The translations under genes and the position numbers were made by a program. A stretch of DNA of 64,000 nucleotides. Source: an uncultured delta proteobacterium (GTDB lineage: Bacteria > Desulfobacterota > Desulfobacteria > Desulfobacterales > QNYZ01). Position 1 is the first letter of the stretch. Every line of letters starts with the position of its first letter. The DNA lies in the NCBI GenBank assembly GCA_963845145.1, contig CAWJQU010000005.1, positions 512,001-576,000 of the forward strand. The letters run 5' to 3'. The notes below the pieces were generated by a model. The model was not told the DNA's origin. It ran no database searches and saw nothing but the letters and a program-made list of their open reading frames with translations. This document shows positions 30,898-40,652 of this stretch, in pieces.

Positions 30898-33816
30898 TTA
30901 TTCGGGTAAACTGGGCTCGGGTGGAGATAAAAATCGGTGCCACATTTCAATCACGGCCCGTCGTCGATTTTGAAAACGGGTGGTGTCGATTTTAATCGGC
31001 TTCTCCTGAAGGGCCAGGCGGTGGGCTGTCAGACGGTAACTGAGATAGGCCTGTTTGAGGAGGTACCCCTGGCGATCGGCAATGATACCGGTTTCGATGA
31101 GGGTTTGAATCAAACGGACATTATCCGTCCAATCGACAAGGTCTGAATGGGTCGATGATAAATTGAGGACCAGGTACTGAACGAGAAATTCGATATCCAC
31201 TATGCCACCGGGATCGAATTTCAGGTCAAAAGTGTCGGCCGCCTCGCTACCGTGTTCCGCCCGCAACTTTTCAGCCATTTTACTGACTTCATCTCTCAAA
31301 GTAGCCGGGTCACGTGGCGTCTGCAGAACCGTTTGGCGTATTCTGTTAAACCGTTCGATCAACAGAGAGTCCCCAATGACGGGACGGGCTTTGATTAAAG
31401 CCTGGTGCTCCCAGATTCTGGCTGTATTCAGCTGGTAGACGTTGAACTGATCGATGTGGGTTACTAAAATTCCCCCACTGCCGTCGGGTCGAAGGCGCAT
31501 ATCAATGTCATAAAGCATACCGGCGCTGGTGCGTGTCGAGAGCAAATGGATGACGCGCTGGCCTAATCGCGCAAAAAATTGGGGCGAATCGATGGACCGT
31601 TTACCGTCGGTAGGTTGACCGCCACAGCCGGCATGTAAAAAGACCAGGTCAAGGTCAGAACTGTAGCTCAACTCCAGGCCCCCAAGTTTGCCATAGGCGA
31701 TAACGGCAAACCCACGTTTCAGAGGTGCATTCTCCAGAACACAAACCGGGCTTCCATGTCGGGCCAGCAGGTGATCCCAGGCAAGAGCGACAACCCTATT
31801 CAATATGACTTCGGCGATATCGGTTAAACGGTCACTGACATTCATCAGGGGAAGATTGCCGGTCACATCGGCGGCGGCAACCCGCAGCGTGTTGACCTGT
31901 TTGAACACGCATAAGGTTTCAATTTGAAATTCGAGATCGTCTGCAGGGATGGCTGCCAGTCGATGTTCGATATCTCTTTCCATCTCCAAGCGTTGGGGCG
32001 GCCTGTATAGCAGCCGGGGATCCAGCAATTCGTCCAAGAGGACCGGGTGTTTGGCTAAAAGGCTGACAATCATCGGGCTTGCCTCAGCCAGACGCACCAA
32101 TAAATCGATACCTTCAGGGTTTTCCAACAACATAGCCAGGTAAACCGAGCGGGTTTCAATGGTGGCGATGAGGTCGAGTATGCGACTCAACACCTCTTCA
32201 GGTTGTTTGGTCGCGCCGGTTGCTTTTAAAACGGGCGGCATTAAGCGATCGAGACGGTTGCGGCCTTCACGGCTCAGGGCGTGTGTCGCCGAAAGTGCCG
32301 TGAGGTGTTTTAGCAGGCGGATAACATGTGAAGGGTCACGAAACCCGCATCCTTTCAGGGCCTGGAGAGACTCATCGTCGGCACTTTCGGCCTCAATATG
32401 ACGCCACAATTGTTTCAAGGCCTTGGTATTGCAAGCTCCGCTTCGGGCAGGGGTCTGCTTCCGATCCGGCTCGAGTAGCGCTTCAAAGTGCGATTGAACC
32501 GTTTCTCGGTGTTGATCCAGAATCTGTCGAAAATGCGTGACATTATCATATCCCATGGAAAGGCTCAGCCGCTGCCATTCAACGTCATCGGTGGGTAGCA
32601 AATGGGTTTGTTGGTCGTTGCGTATCTGAAGGCGATTTTCAACCTGACGAAAAAATAGGTAGGCTTTGGAAAGTGCCTGGCCCGCCGAAGCAGGAATGAT
32701 TTTCTCTACGGCCAGTCCGTTCAACACAGCTAAAATCGGCCGTTTTTGAAGTGTCGGCATGACACCGCCACGTAGTAATTGAAATACCTGACCGAAAAAT
32801 TCGATTTCCCGAATACCTCCCGGTCCGAGCTTAATGTTGTCCAGAACGCCTTTTCGTTTGACGTCGGCAGCAATGCCGACCTTCATCTCGCGTAGCGATT
32901 CATAAACGCCATAGTCCAGATACCGCCGGTAAACAAAAGGTTTTAGCCGTTTCAGCCAGTTGTATCCGGCATCTTTATCTCCTGCTACGGGCCGAGCCTT
33001 GATCCAGGCATAGCGCTCCCACTCCCTTCCCTGGCTGACAAAATAATCTTCCATGGCATCAAAATGCATGACCAGTGGCCCGTTACTGCCAAAGGGTCTA
33101 AGATCCATATCGACTCGAAACACGCGTCCATCGGATGTCGGTGTGTGAATCACCCGAATCAGCTGCCGGCCAAGCCGAGTGAAGAATTCGTCATTTGTTG
33201 TTTTTTCGGAAGCCGCGCCGGCCGCAGGATAGGCAAAGACAAGGTCAACATCGGATGAAAAGTTCAATTCTTCAGCGCCCAGTTTGCCCATTCCGAGGAT
33301 GACCAGATGCTGCCGCCGATCGCCGGTAGCCCCGGTAGCAATGGGTTGGCCAAAACGGGCCACCTGCCATTTTGAAAGTATCGTCAGCGAAGCGTCCAAA
33401 ACAACGTCTGCCAATAACGACAGCTCCGCCATCACCTCTGCGGCCGAGGCCCATCCGCACAAATCCCGCCAGGCGATGCGCACCATCTCCCGGGAACGGA
33501 ATCGACGCAGACGTTCCATCAGGATCGCCTCGTCTTTGACATCGGCCAAGGTGGAATTCAAGTGACCCGCCCAATGATCGGCAGGCCAGGGGTGCTTCAG
33601 GTCGCCACTATGAAAAAGTTCTACCAGAAGTTCAGGCCGCCGGGTAGAACTTCGGGCAATAAAATCACTGAACAAGAAGACGCGTTTCACGTCCGTTACA
33701 AAGGTCTCGTCGTCGGGTACGGTAGAACCGGCCTTACCCGCTGCTCGACAAAATTCGGACCATTTTCTTTTTTCTTCTTCAGCAAGCCCTTGGGCTAAAT
33801 CAGGGGGTATTGTCAT
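30898..33816 (-). CDS. glnE: Glutamine synthetase adenylyltransferase
   Basis: Two NTase domains: GMGKLG..ELNFSSDVDL and YGKLGG.ELSYSSDLDL. Confidence 0.96.
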   Translation of the reverse strand: MTIPPDLAQGLAEEEKRKWSEFCRAAGKAGSTVPDDETFVTDVKRVFLFSDFIARSSTRRPELLVELFHSGDLKHPWPADHWAGHLNSTLADVKDEAILMERLRRFRSREMVRIAWRDLCGWASAAEVMAELSLLADVVLDASLTILSKWQVARFGQPIATGATGDRRQHLVILGMGKLGAEELNFSSDVDLVFAYPAAGAASEKTTNDEFFTRLGRQLIRVIHTPTSDGRVFRVDMDLRPFGSNGPLVMHFDAMEDYFVSQGREWERYAWIKARPVAGDKDAGYNWLKRLKPFVYRRYLDYGVYESLREMKVGIAADVKRKGVLDNIKLGPGGIREIEFFGQVFQLLRGGVMPTLQKRPILAVLNGLAVEKIIPASAGQALSKAYLFFRQVENRLQIRNDQQTHLLPTDDVEWQRLSLSMGYDNVTHFRQILDQHRETVQSHFEALLEPDRKQTPARSGACNTKALKQLWRHIEAESADDESLQALKGCGFRDPSHVIRLLKHLTALSATHALSREGRNRLDRLMPPVLKATGATKQPEEVLSRILDLIATIETRSVYLAMLLENPEGIDLLVRLAEASPMIVSLLAKHPVLLDELLDPRLLYRPPQRLEMERDIEHRLAAIPADDLEFQIETLCVFKQVNTLRVAAADVTGNLPLMNVSDRLTDIAEVILNRVVALAWDHLLARHGSPVCVLENAPLKRGFAVIAYGKLGGLELSYSSDLDLVFLHAGCGGQPTDGKRSIDSPQFFARLGQRVIHLLSTRTSAGMLYDIDMRLRPDGSGGILVTHIDQFNVYQLNTARIWEHQALIKARPVIGDSLLIERFNRIRQTVLQTPRDPATLRDEVSKMAEKLRAEHGSEAADTFDLKFDPGGIVDIEFLVQYLVLNLSSTHSDLVDWTDNVRLIQTLIETGIIADRQGYLLKQAYLSYRLTAHRLALQEKPIKIDTTRFQNRRRAVIEMWHRFLSPPEPSLPE

Positions 33817-34021
33817 TTATATATTTAAAACTACTTTTGGCTGCATCTGAGCTCCTGAAGATTTCTCACACCGGCAATCTCTTCATTATGAAACGAAATC
33901 CAACGTTTGCCAATATTGATCGATCCGTCAAAACACCATTTAAGGGATCTCACGACCTATCGCAAGATAATTCCTATCTTGACGATATCAAACCAAAATA
34001 TTTCATTTCAGGGGATATCGC

Positions 34022-35161
34022 CTATAGGCCGCGAAACAGATATGCACCAAACACGCCCAGATAATTACCGACGGCATAGCCGATTATGCCGGTGGTCAGG
34101 CCGGACACAATGATTTCCCGGTTTTTGAGGTTGCCGGCCACCATGGGGACAAAGGGTGGTGAACAGATGGCCGCGACCGAAGTGATCAGAACAGTATCAG
34201 CATCGATTTTGAACACTATGGCCAGAAGCATGTGAAGCAACATGGTCCCAAACACCATGATGGTTACCCACATTAAAATGACGGGCGCCGTGTAGATCAG
34301 TCGGTTTAAATTGGCCATGGAGGAAACGGCCAGGCAAAAGATCAAAATGAAATATTGTCCCAGTTGAAAGGTCATCGGTATTTGACGGATTCGACGAAAC
34401 AGCGCCGCGACAATTCCCAGGGTTGTGATGACCAGTATGGCAGCAGCCATGGAAATGGATACCGGTAGCACCAGGGCAAGCCCGCCCCCGATGATAAAAA
34501 TAGCGGTGGATAAACCAAGCGCCTTTAGCAGACCGATGATGATCGGCCGGCTGAAAATCCCGGCATAATCGTTCAAATCTTGGAGATGATGATTATCAGG
34601 GATAGAGGCAGAAGCTGCGAAGGGAGGTAGGAAATATAGGAAGAATTTTCGAGCCACCGTAATAGCAAACAATATGTAGACAGCACTCACAGCAACATCG
34701 GCGGTGTGGATCGCCAGATACATGCTCGGGTCCACGGCAAGGGCCGTTTTGATTGCGGCCAGATTGGGCGTGCCGCCCGTGTAAACCCCGATCATCAGTC
34801 CTGACACTTTCCAGGCGTCGTCAACGTGTTCACTGAACAGCAAGCTACAAGCTGCCGCCATTAATGTAACGGCAACTATGATTAAGCCGAGTGAGACCAT
34901 TGTTTTACCCGCCAGGCGAAACCACTGCCGAATGTCGAGTGAAAAAAGGAGAAGCGGCAGAGCGATGGGGATCGTTATGGTTGTCAGAAGGTCAAGGACC
35001 TGGGTACTGTTTGGGCCTAAGAGCCCGATGTTGCCGATCAGGATACCGGCAATATAGCAGATAATGACCGCCCCTACTTTTTCAACGGCCGGGTAGCGTC
35101 GACACAGGTCGATGGCCAGTACCGGAAACAATAAGTAGAAGGCGACGGTCAGGATGATCAT
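34022..35161 (-). CDS. DUF819-like integral membrane protein
   Basis: About 11 TM segments; YTGGTPN and GYAVGNYLG motifs. Confidence 0.7.
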   Translation of the reverse strand: MIILTVAFYLLFPVLAIDLCRRYPAVEKVGAVIICYIAGILIGNIGLLGPNSTQVLDLLTTITIPIALPLLLFSLDIRQWFRLAGKTMVSLGLIIVAVTLMAAACSLLFSEHVDDAWKVSGLMIGVYTGGTPNLAAIKTALAVDPSMYLAIHTADVAVSAVYILFAITVARKFFLYFLPPFAASASIPDNHHLQDLNDYAGIFSRPIIIGLLKALGLSTAIFIIGGGLALVLPVSISMAAAILVITTLGIVAALFRRIRQIPMTFQLGQYFILIFCLAVSSMANLNRLIYTAPVILMWVTIMVFGTMLLHMLLAIVFKIDADTVLITSVAAICSPPFVPMVAGNLKNREIIVSGLTTGIIGYAVGNYLGVFGAYLFRGL

Positions 35162-35218
35162 AGCGACTCCTTATACGCGACAAGCCGGACAATTATAAGC
35201 TTAACCTACGGATTGGTA

Positions 35219-36685
35219 TCAAAAGCGTAATTTTTGTTTTAACTTAAGATAGGCCCTTGCGGCACGGGTCGCCCAATTGGTTTTTAGCTGGGCTGGACCA
35301 TCCGTCGATTCGAATTGTCCGTTGCCGGCCAGGTCCGGGATGTGGCCGTCAGGGCCGTACATTTCCAGCATCATTTTCGTGACCTCTTTACGGATCATGC
35401 TTCGCAGCGGTACATGAGCGATCATTCCGTACATGGCAGCGGCACCTTGGACCGCCAATTCCGGATTTTGGCGAACATGGTTCACCGCGTCGTCTAGATC
35501 GGACAGGTAGTGATTAACGACGTTAGCGTGAAGCGGAGTAACCATGGCATGCAGGCATTCCGGTTTCTGCTGGCGATCCATATGCCAGCCGTTTGCTTCC
35601 ATGTAGTCACCGACAGCATATATATTAACCCGACGGTCATTGGAGCGAAAAGCGAAAAGGCTCATGGGCGGATTGCCGAGTACTTCCAGGCCGTCAATCT
35701 GATTGATTCCGTCCATCAGACGATGCGTGGTTTCCATGATGACCCGGGCGTTTGCCAGATATCCCGATTCACCCAAGGCTTGCATGGCCGCCCAGGCCGC
35801 TGCAATGCTTCCCCCCGGGCGGGTTCCGAGGAGTCCGGGTGATCCGAAAATGCCGCCGGGCCAGTTTTCGTAGACAAAGAGCTGGTGTTTCAGATAATCA
35901 ACATTACGATAAAGAATCGTAGAGGCACCTTTGGCGGCATAACCATACTTGTGGGTGTCAGCCGAGATAGAGGTAACACCCGGTACGCGAAAGTCGAATG
36001 GCGGTACGGGAAATCCGAGTTTTTCAACAAATGGCAGAAGATACCCACCCACACAGGCATCCACATGAAGCGGGATATGGTATTTTTGGGCGAGCGTGCC
36101 AAGCTCTTCGATGGGATCTATCATACCATGGGGATACTGGGGAGCGGAGCCCAGGATCATAATGGTGCGACGGTTGATCTGTTTTTTAACCGCGCCCAGG
36201 TCTACGCGATACGCCTTATCTAGCGGCGCATGGACAACCGTGACGCCGAAGTATTCGGCGCCCTTTTCCCACGCGACATGGGCCGACGCCGGCAGGATCA
36301 TTTCAGGCTTTCCTGCCAGAGTCTTTTTAGCCTTCGCCAGATCACGGTAAGTTTTAACGGCCAGTAGACAGCTTTCCGTCCCACCGTTGGTCATAGTGCC
36401 GCAGACTTTGTCATCGCCGTTCAGTAGCGTCGCCGTCATGCGAACAACCTCAGACTCAAATCGCTTCAAACTTCTGAACGCCATGGGATTTAACCCATTG
36501 GCGGAAAAATATAATCCATGGGCTTTTTTTAAAAACCGAGTATATTCTTCTCCAAGATAATATACGAGGCTCCAGGTACGGCCGTTTTTATAATCCGGAT
36601 CCGACCGGCCGAAGGATCGCATATCCTCTAAAATTTCTTCGTGAGGCCGGCCTTTTTGGGGAATATGTTTTAAAGTATCCGTCAC
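35219..36685 (-). CDS. PLP-dependent group II decarboxylase / sphingosine-1-phosphate-lyase-like enzyme
   Basis: GGTES, HVDACVGG, SADTHKYGY (PLP lysine) and GTRPGG. Confidence 0.85.
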   Translation of the reverse strand: MTDTLKHIPQKGRPHEEILEDMRSFGRSDPDYKNGRTWSLVYYLGEEYTRFLKKAHGLYFSANGLNPMAFRSLKRFESEVVRMTATLLNGDDKVCGTMTNGGTESCLLAVKTYRDLAKAKKTLAGKPEMILPASAHVAWEKGAEYFGVTVVHAPLDKAYRVDLGAVKKQINRRTIMILGSAPQYPHGMIDPIEELGTLAQKYHIPLHVDACVGGYLLPFVEKLGFPVPPFDFRVPGVTSISADTHKYGYAAKGASTILYRNVDYLKHQLFVYENWPGGIFGSPGLLGTRPGGSIAAAWAAMQALGESGYLANARVIMETTHRLMDGINQIDGLEVLGNPPMSLFAFRSNDRRVNIYAVGDYMEANGWHMDRQQKPECLHAMVTPLHANVVNHYLSDLDDAVNHVRQNPELAVQGAAAMYGMIAHVPLRSMIRKEVTKMMLEMYGPDGHIPDLAGNGQFESTDGPAQLKTNWATRAARAYLKLKQKLRF

Positions 36686-36914
36686 TTTGAAAGATGCTTC
36701 CCGAGACTATAGGATCGTTGCTGCAGCGACTAAAAATGGGATCGTGTCGAAAACATCCATTTTATCCAATGCAATGTGAGCGTTCGGATTTTCATTTACA
36801 ACCGCACAAAGAGCCGTGTGTCAAGTATAAAGTTTTTTCTTTAATCGCCGATAATGGCTATATAATGTGATTTGGACAGGGAAATGATGCAAGTTTTCGT
36901 TCTGAACCGAATAA

Positions 36915-37382
36915 GGTTTTTACTCCACGGAAGAGGCGCTCGGGCTCTCGCTGGATCAAATCATGGTGCCTCGTTCCCGCATGATGGTCCAGTCGGAGAT
37001 AGATGCCCAGCTGGCACGTGAGGCGGCCGGTATCGACGGCACCGACTAATCCATTACCATGGAATTGGAGCACTTGCGTAAACACCAAACCAAAGTCTGG
37101 ACGGAGGTGATCATGGGCTTTCGTCGCGACAAAAAAGGGAAACCTGTTGCGCTATTGGGTGTTACGCGCGACATCACTGAAAGACGCCGTGCCGAGACCC
37201 TGCGATTAGCCAAAGTGGAGGCTGAAGAAGCCAACCAGGCCAAAAGTGAGTTTTTGGCCAACATGAGCCACGAATTGCGCACCCCACTCAATCATATCAT
37301 TGGGTTTACCGAGTTGATCGTTAGCAAGAACTTCGGTCCGCTTACCGAAAAACAGGAAGAGTACCTTCGGAGAGATGTGTGA
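36915..37382 (+). pseudogene. PAS/PAC-HisKA sensor kinase fragment
   Basis: PAS-like GFYSTEEALGLSLDQIM in frame with PAC and [14 protein letters not shown]; in-frame TAA at 37047; no HATPase domain. Confidence 0.75.
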
Positions 37383-37445
37383 CCATGAGTGCCGATGCGG
37401 TCATCGATTTTAGCGGCAAGACCGTATGTGAACACCGGCGTGTAT

Positions 37446-37483
37446 AAAAACCGGGGTGCCGTCATTGAATCGGCACCCCGGTT
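37446..37483 (-). terminator. Rho-independent terminator of 37505..38743
   Basis: AACCGGGGTGCCG-N9-CGGCACCCCGGTT followed by a T-run on the minus strand. Confidence 0.8.
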
Positions 37484-37504
37484 GTCATCAATAAGGGTGA
37501 GGTT

Positions 37505-38743
37505 TTAGAACCGGAACAGAATTCCAGCACCTAAACGACCGGCAAGATCAAGGTCACTCACATCGGTCCACTTGCGGCCTTCAATAAAGAGTGAGACGTT
37601 AAAGGCGTCTGGGTCGCCATAGACCATCACACCCGTTTGGGCGATGAGATCGGCATGGCCGCCATCCACTTCGTCTTTGTCGTTACTATCATCATCCATC
37701 TCCCAGTACCCGACACCGGCGCCGACAAAGAAGCGGGAAATCCAGTAGTGCAGCAATAAATCGGCCGACATGGCGTTATCTCCATGGCTACCGTCGATAT
37801 GGTAGTTGAACCCAACCATTCCCAGCAGAGAGAGGTTGTCGGTGAGACGATATTCCAGCCCGCCGCGGATCGGCGCAAAATTGGCTGGGTCCCACATACG
37901 CAGAAACCCCAGGGTCGCCACAGGACGTAGACGGCTCTTTTTGGCGGCAACGCCAACCGTACTTTCACAATTGGGACCGGTGGCGGATTTTCCCTTGTCG
38001 TCCGTCACGGTTGTTTTGACGGTGTACGTGCCGTCACAGGGAACTTCCAACTCGTAAATAAACGGCGCCTGATCAATCTTATGTTCGGCAACCGTATTAC
38101 CCTGCGCATCCATCACCGCGACGGTCATGGCCGCTATTTGGCCGTCAGCATCGGTGGAGCCGCTTCCGTCTATCGTAATCGTCTCGCCGCACTTGGCGTT
38201 GTCGGAAGAGACTGTTGCGATACACACCGGGGCTTGATTGACCTTGGGTGCCGGAGGCGGTGCAACGGCTTTGGGAATGGGAATGGGCGTAATCGAGCGA
38301 ACAGCAAAATTGACGCAAATCAAAGGGACAACGATATCATATCGCTTGCCGCCCTGGTCCACATAAAACTGAAACGCATCAAAAGGCTCTTTTCCAGCCC
38401 AGGTGACATCCTTGGCTACGCGCACCGGACCTTTCCCGAATTTGCGGAAAAGCATCCAGAGCATCTTTTCACCTTCGTTCACTTTGATTTTTTTGATATC
38501 CGCTGTGGGAAACTGCTCGCTAAAGGCTGGGAAGAGACCGGCATACCCGGCCTTTTCAAACCCTTTACGGATTTCGGCCGGATTTTCAGCGACCACTTTT
38601 TTAAGATCTGCAACTGTTTTTAACGGTGGTACGGCAAAGGGGCTAACACCCAATTGGTGCAAAACGGTTGCCGCAAACGCAGTTTGGGTGAAGCTGAGAA
38701 TAAAAAAACAAAGGCCTATGGACCAAATCAAACGATTTTTCAC
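37505..38743 (-). CDS. Exported protein: unknown N-domain, Pro-rich linker, PKD/Ig-like domain, C-terminal outer-membrane beta-barrel
   Basis: Signal peptide; NQAP..DGSGSTDADG..TVTDDKG (PKD-like); amphipathic strands ending GILFRF. Confidence 0.7.
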   Translation of the reverse strand: MKNRLIWSIGLCFFILSFTQTAFAATVLHQLGVSPFAVPPLKTVADLKKVVAENPAEIRKGFEKAGYAGLFPAFSEQFPTADIKKIKVNEGEKMLWMLFRKFGKGPVRVAKDVTWAGKEPFDAFQFYVDQGGKRYDIVVPLICVNFAVRSITPIPIPKAVAPPPAPKVNQAPVCIATVSSDNAKCGETITIDGSGSTDADGQIAAMTVAVMDAQGNTVAEHKIDQAPFIYELEVPCDGTYTVKTTVTDDKGKSATGPNCESTVGVAAKKSRLRPVATLGFLRMWDPANFAPIRGGLEYRLTDNLSLLGMVGFNYHIDGSHGDNAMSADLLLHYWISRFFVGAGVGYWEMDDDSNDKDEVDGGHADLIAQTGVMVYGDPDAFNVSLFIEGRKWTDVSDLDLAGRLGAGILFRF

Positions 38744-39024
38744 TGTTTTTCTCCTTCTGTTTCAATAAGTTCAGGATTTCTTCTTGATCGATGAGATCAC
38801 GTTTGGATAATTCCATGTGTAATACAATCAGGATAGTTTACAGAATAGCAATTAGCAGTATAGTCAGGGTAACCACCCAAGTCAAGATATTCCAATTCGT
38901 TTTTTAGTGATCGAACCGTCAAGGTTGTGAAAAGCTTATGGGGAAGGGTTTTATTGTTAAAAATATTTTTATGGTGGCTTTAATTTTCAGTTAGCACGAT
39001 CAGTCAGCCCGAATGGGGATACAT

Positions 39025-39459
39025 TTAAGTGCCATGCGTTTCCTTGCACATGGCATCCCAATCGTCCAATTGTCGCATGTGTTGTGCCAGTTTTAGGTCT
39101 TCCGATATCGTATGATTCACTACCCAATCGGTCAAAAAAGGAACAATAGTATCAATACCGGTTCCGAAATAATCATATCGGGCCTTGACGACATTCAATT
39201 TCTGAATCAGATCAATATGACTCATCTTATGTAAATAAATATTCTCATACTTGGTTATGAGCATTCGGTTTTCTTCGCTGGTAAAATGGAAAACGGCGTA
39301 CTGGGCCAGTTCGTTCATCAGGTTTGATATATGTAGTTTATCACAACCTTTGTTAATCAGGGATTCCAATCGCTCAATGAGTAAAAAGAAAAACTGATGC
39401 TGAAAATCGATTTCAGGAATACCGACCGAGTATTTTTTCTGCCATTTAATGGGTTCCAT
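39025..39459 (-). CDS. Bacteriohemerythrin
   Basis: W..KYSVGIPEIDFQH, HFTSEE, HKMSH and W..NHTISED. Confidence 0.9.
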   Translation of the reverse strand: MEPIKWQKKYSVGIPEIDFQHQFFFLLIERLESLINKGCDKLHISNLMNELAQYAVFHFTSEENRMLITKYENIYLHKMSHIDLIQKLNVVKARYDYFGTGIDTIVPFLTDWVVNHTISEDLKLAQHMRQLDDWDAMCKETHGT

Positions 39460-39670
39460 AATAGATTCCTATTTATCCGACCTAATTTAAAGCGCTCGAA
39501 ATATGATTTTAAATCAGTTTTCATGCGCTTCAGTTCATTTTGTGGTATTGCGGAAAAGGAAAGGGCATGTATTATCAGATGAGGAAAGAGAGCAAGCCAC
39601 GTATCTGTATATTTAGCTCTGAAATGAATCGATTTATACCATTTGTTCTTTGAATAGTAAACAGCGAAGA

Positions 39671-39722
39671 ATGTTTGAAGAATCAAACATGCCCATACTC
39701 AGTCGTAGGGGCATGCTTGATT
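39671..39722. repeat. Inverted pair of GTAG-type REP-like sequences
   Basis: AATCAAACATGCCCATAC ... GTAGGGGCATGCTTGATT (2 mismatches), plus an ATGTTTGA-AGAA-TCAAACAT hairpin. Confidence 0.5.
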
Positions 39723-39753
39723 TGTTATAGCAATCGACAGGAACCGTTATGGC

Positions 39754-40603
39754 CTAAGGGCCTGCGTTAGAACTTAAATCGTTCGGTGTTCCTTTGCGTA
39801 CAAGCTTGAACGGTGTATCCTCGCCAAGATGTTTTTCGAACACCTCGCCATAATTACCTACCTGCTTAATTATCTGATAGGCCCAGTTTTTTGGGATTTG
39901 CAGCTTCTCGGCCATGTCGCCGGCGGCCCCTTTTTCATCCAGGAGCCGTTTAACCGCTTTTGGCTGGCTGGCAAGATCGCTTTAGCCGGGTATCAATATT
40001 TTTTGAATTGAGGCCGTGCTGTTCTGCAGTGAGCATGACCTGGAACCCCCAAAATAGGATCGATTCCAGTTCCTGATCAGGTTGGCTTACCAGGGTTAAG
40101 GGCTCGTTGGAAATGATGTCGGGTAAAATGGTATAATTTCCCGGATTGGGAGCAAGCTGACGATCAGACAAAAGCGCCGTATAGTCACTTGCCAAAACAT
40201 CGCATTTGCCAGCGTAGAAAGCCTGAATGCGGGCAGATTTGTCGCCAATGTTCTCGACCTTATAGTCCATCTTTCGATTCCCGAACCAGTCCGCGATATT
40301 TAAAATGGACAGTTCCAGGGTATTGAGAAAACCGACCAGCAACACACGACGGTAACTGTCGGTGGCCGCATAGGAGATCAAAGATTCATTGACATCGAAC
40401 CCCGCCTCTCCGTCTAAAAACCCGAAACCGAGTCGGATCCCAACATCGGCAAGATTCTCGCGAATATTTTGCACGATGATATACGAAACAACCACAAGGA
40501 TAGCGGCCATTGATAGTTGGATCGCGAATGAACGTTTTTCTTTGGTTGATAGCCAACTCATGCGCAGATAACCATTTAGAACGGTAGAGCCATGCCAAGC
40601 CCA
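39754..40603 (-). pseudogene. Rearranged remnant of a general L-amino-acid ABC transporter (AapJ/BztA binding protein and AapQ/BztB permease)
   Basis: Permease N-terminus (GFGFLDGEAGFDVNESLI..VGFLNTL) is fused to the binding-protein middle (LNIADWF..CDVLASD..IISNEPL). After a frameshift comes KRLL..NWAYQIIKQVGNYGEVFE. Confidence 0.8.
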
Positions 40604-40652
40604 TCTTATTTGCAGGGTTAGTTGGGTCTGGAAAATTCCACTTACACGTTTC

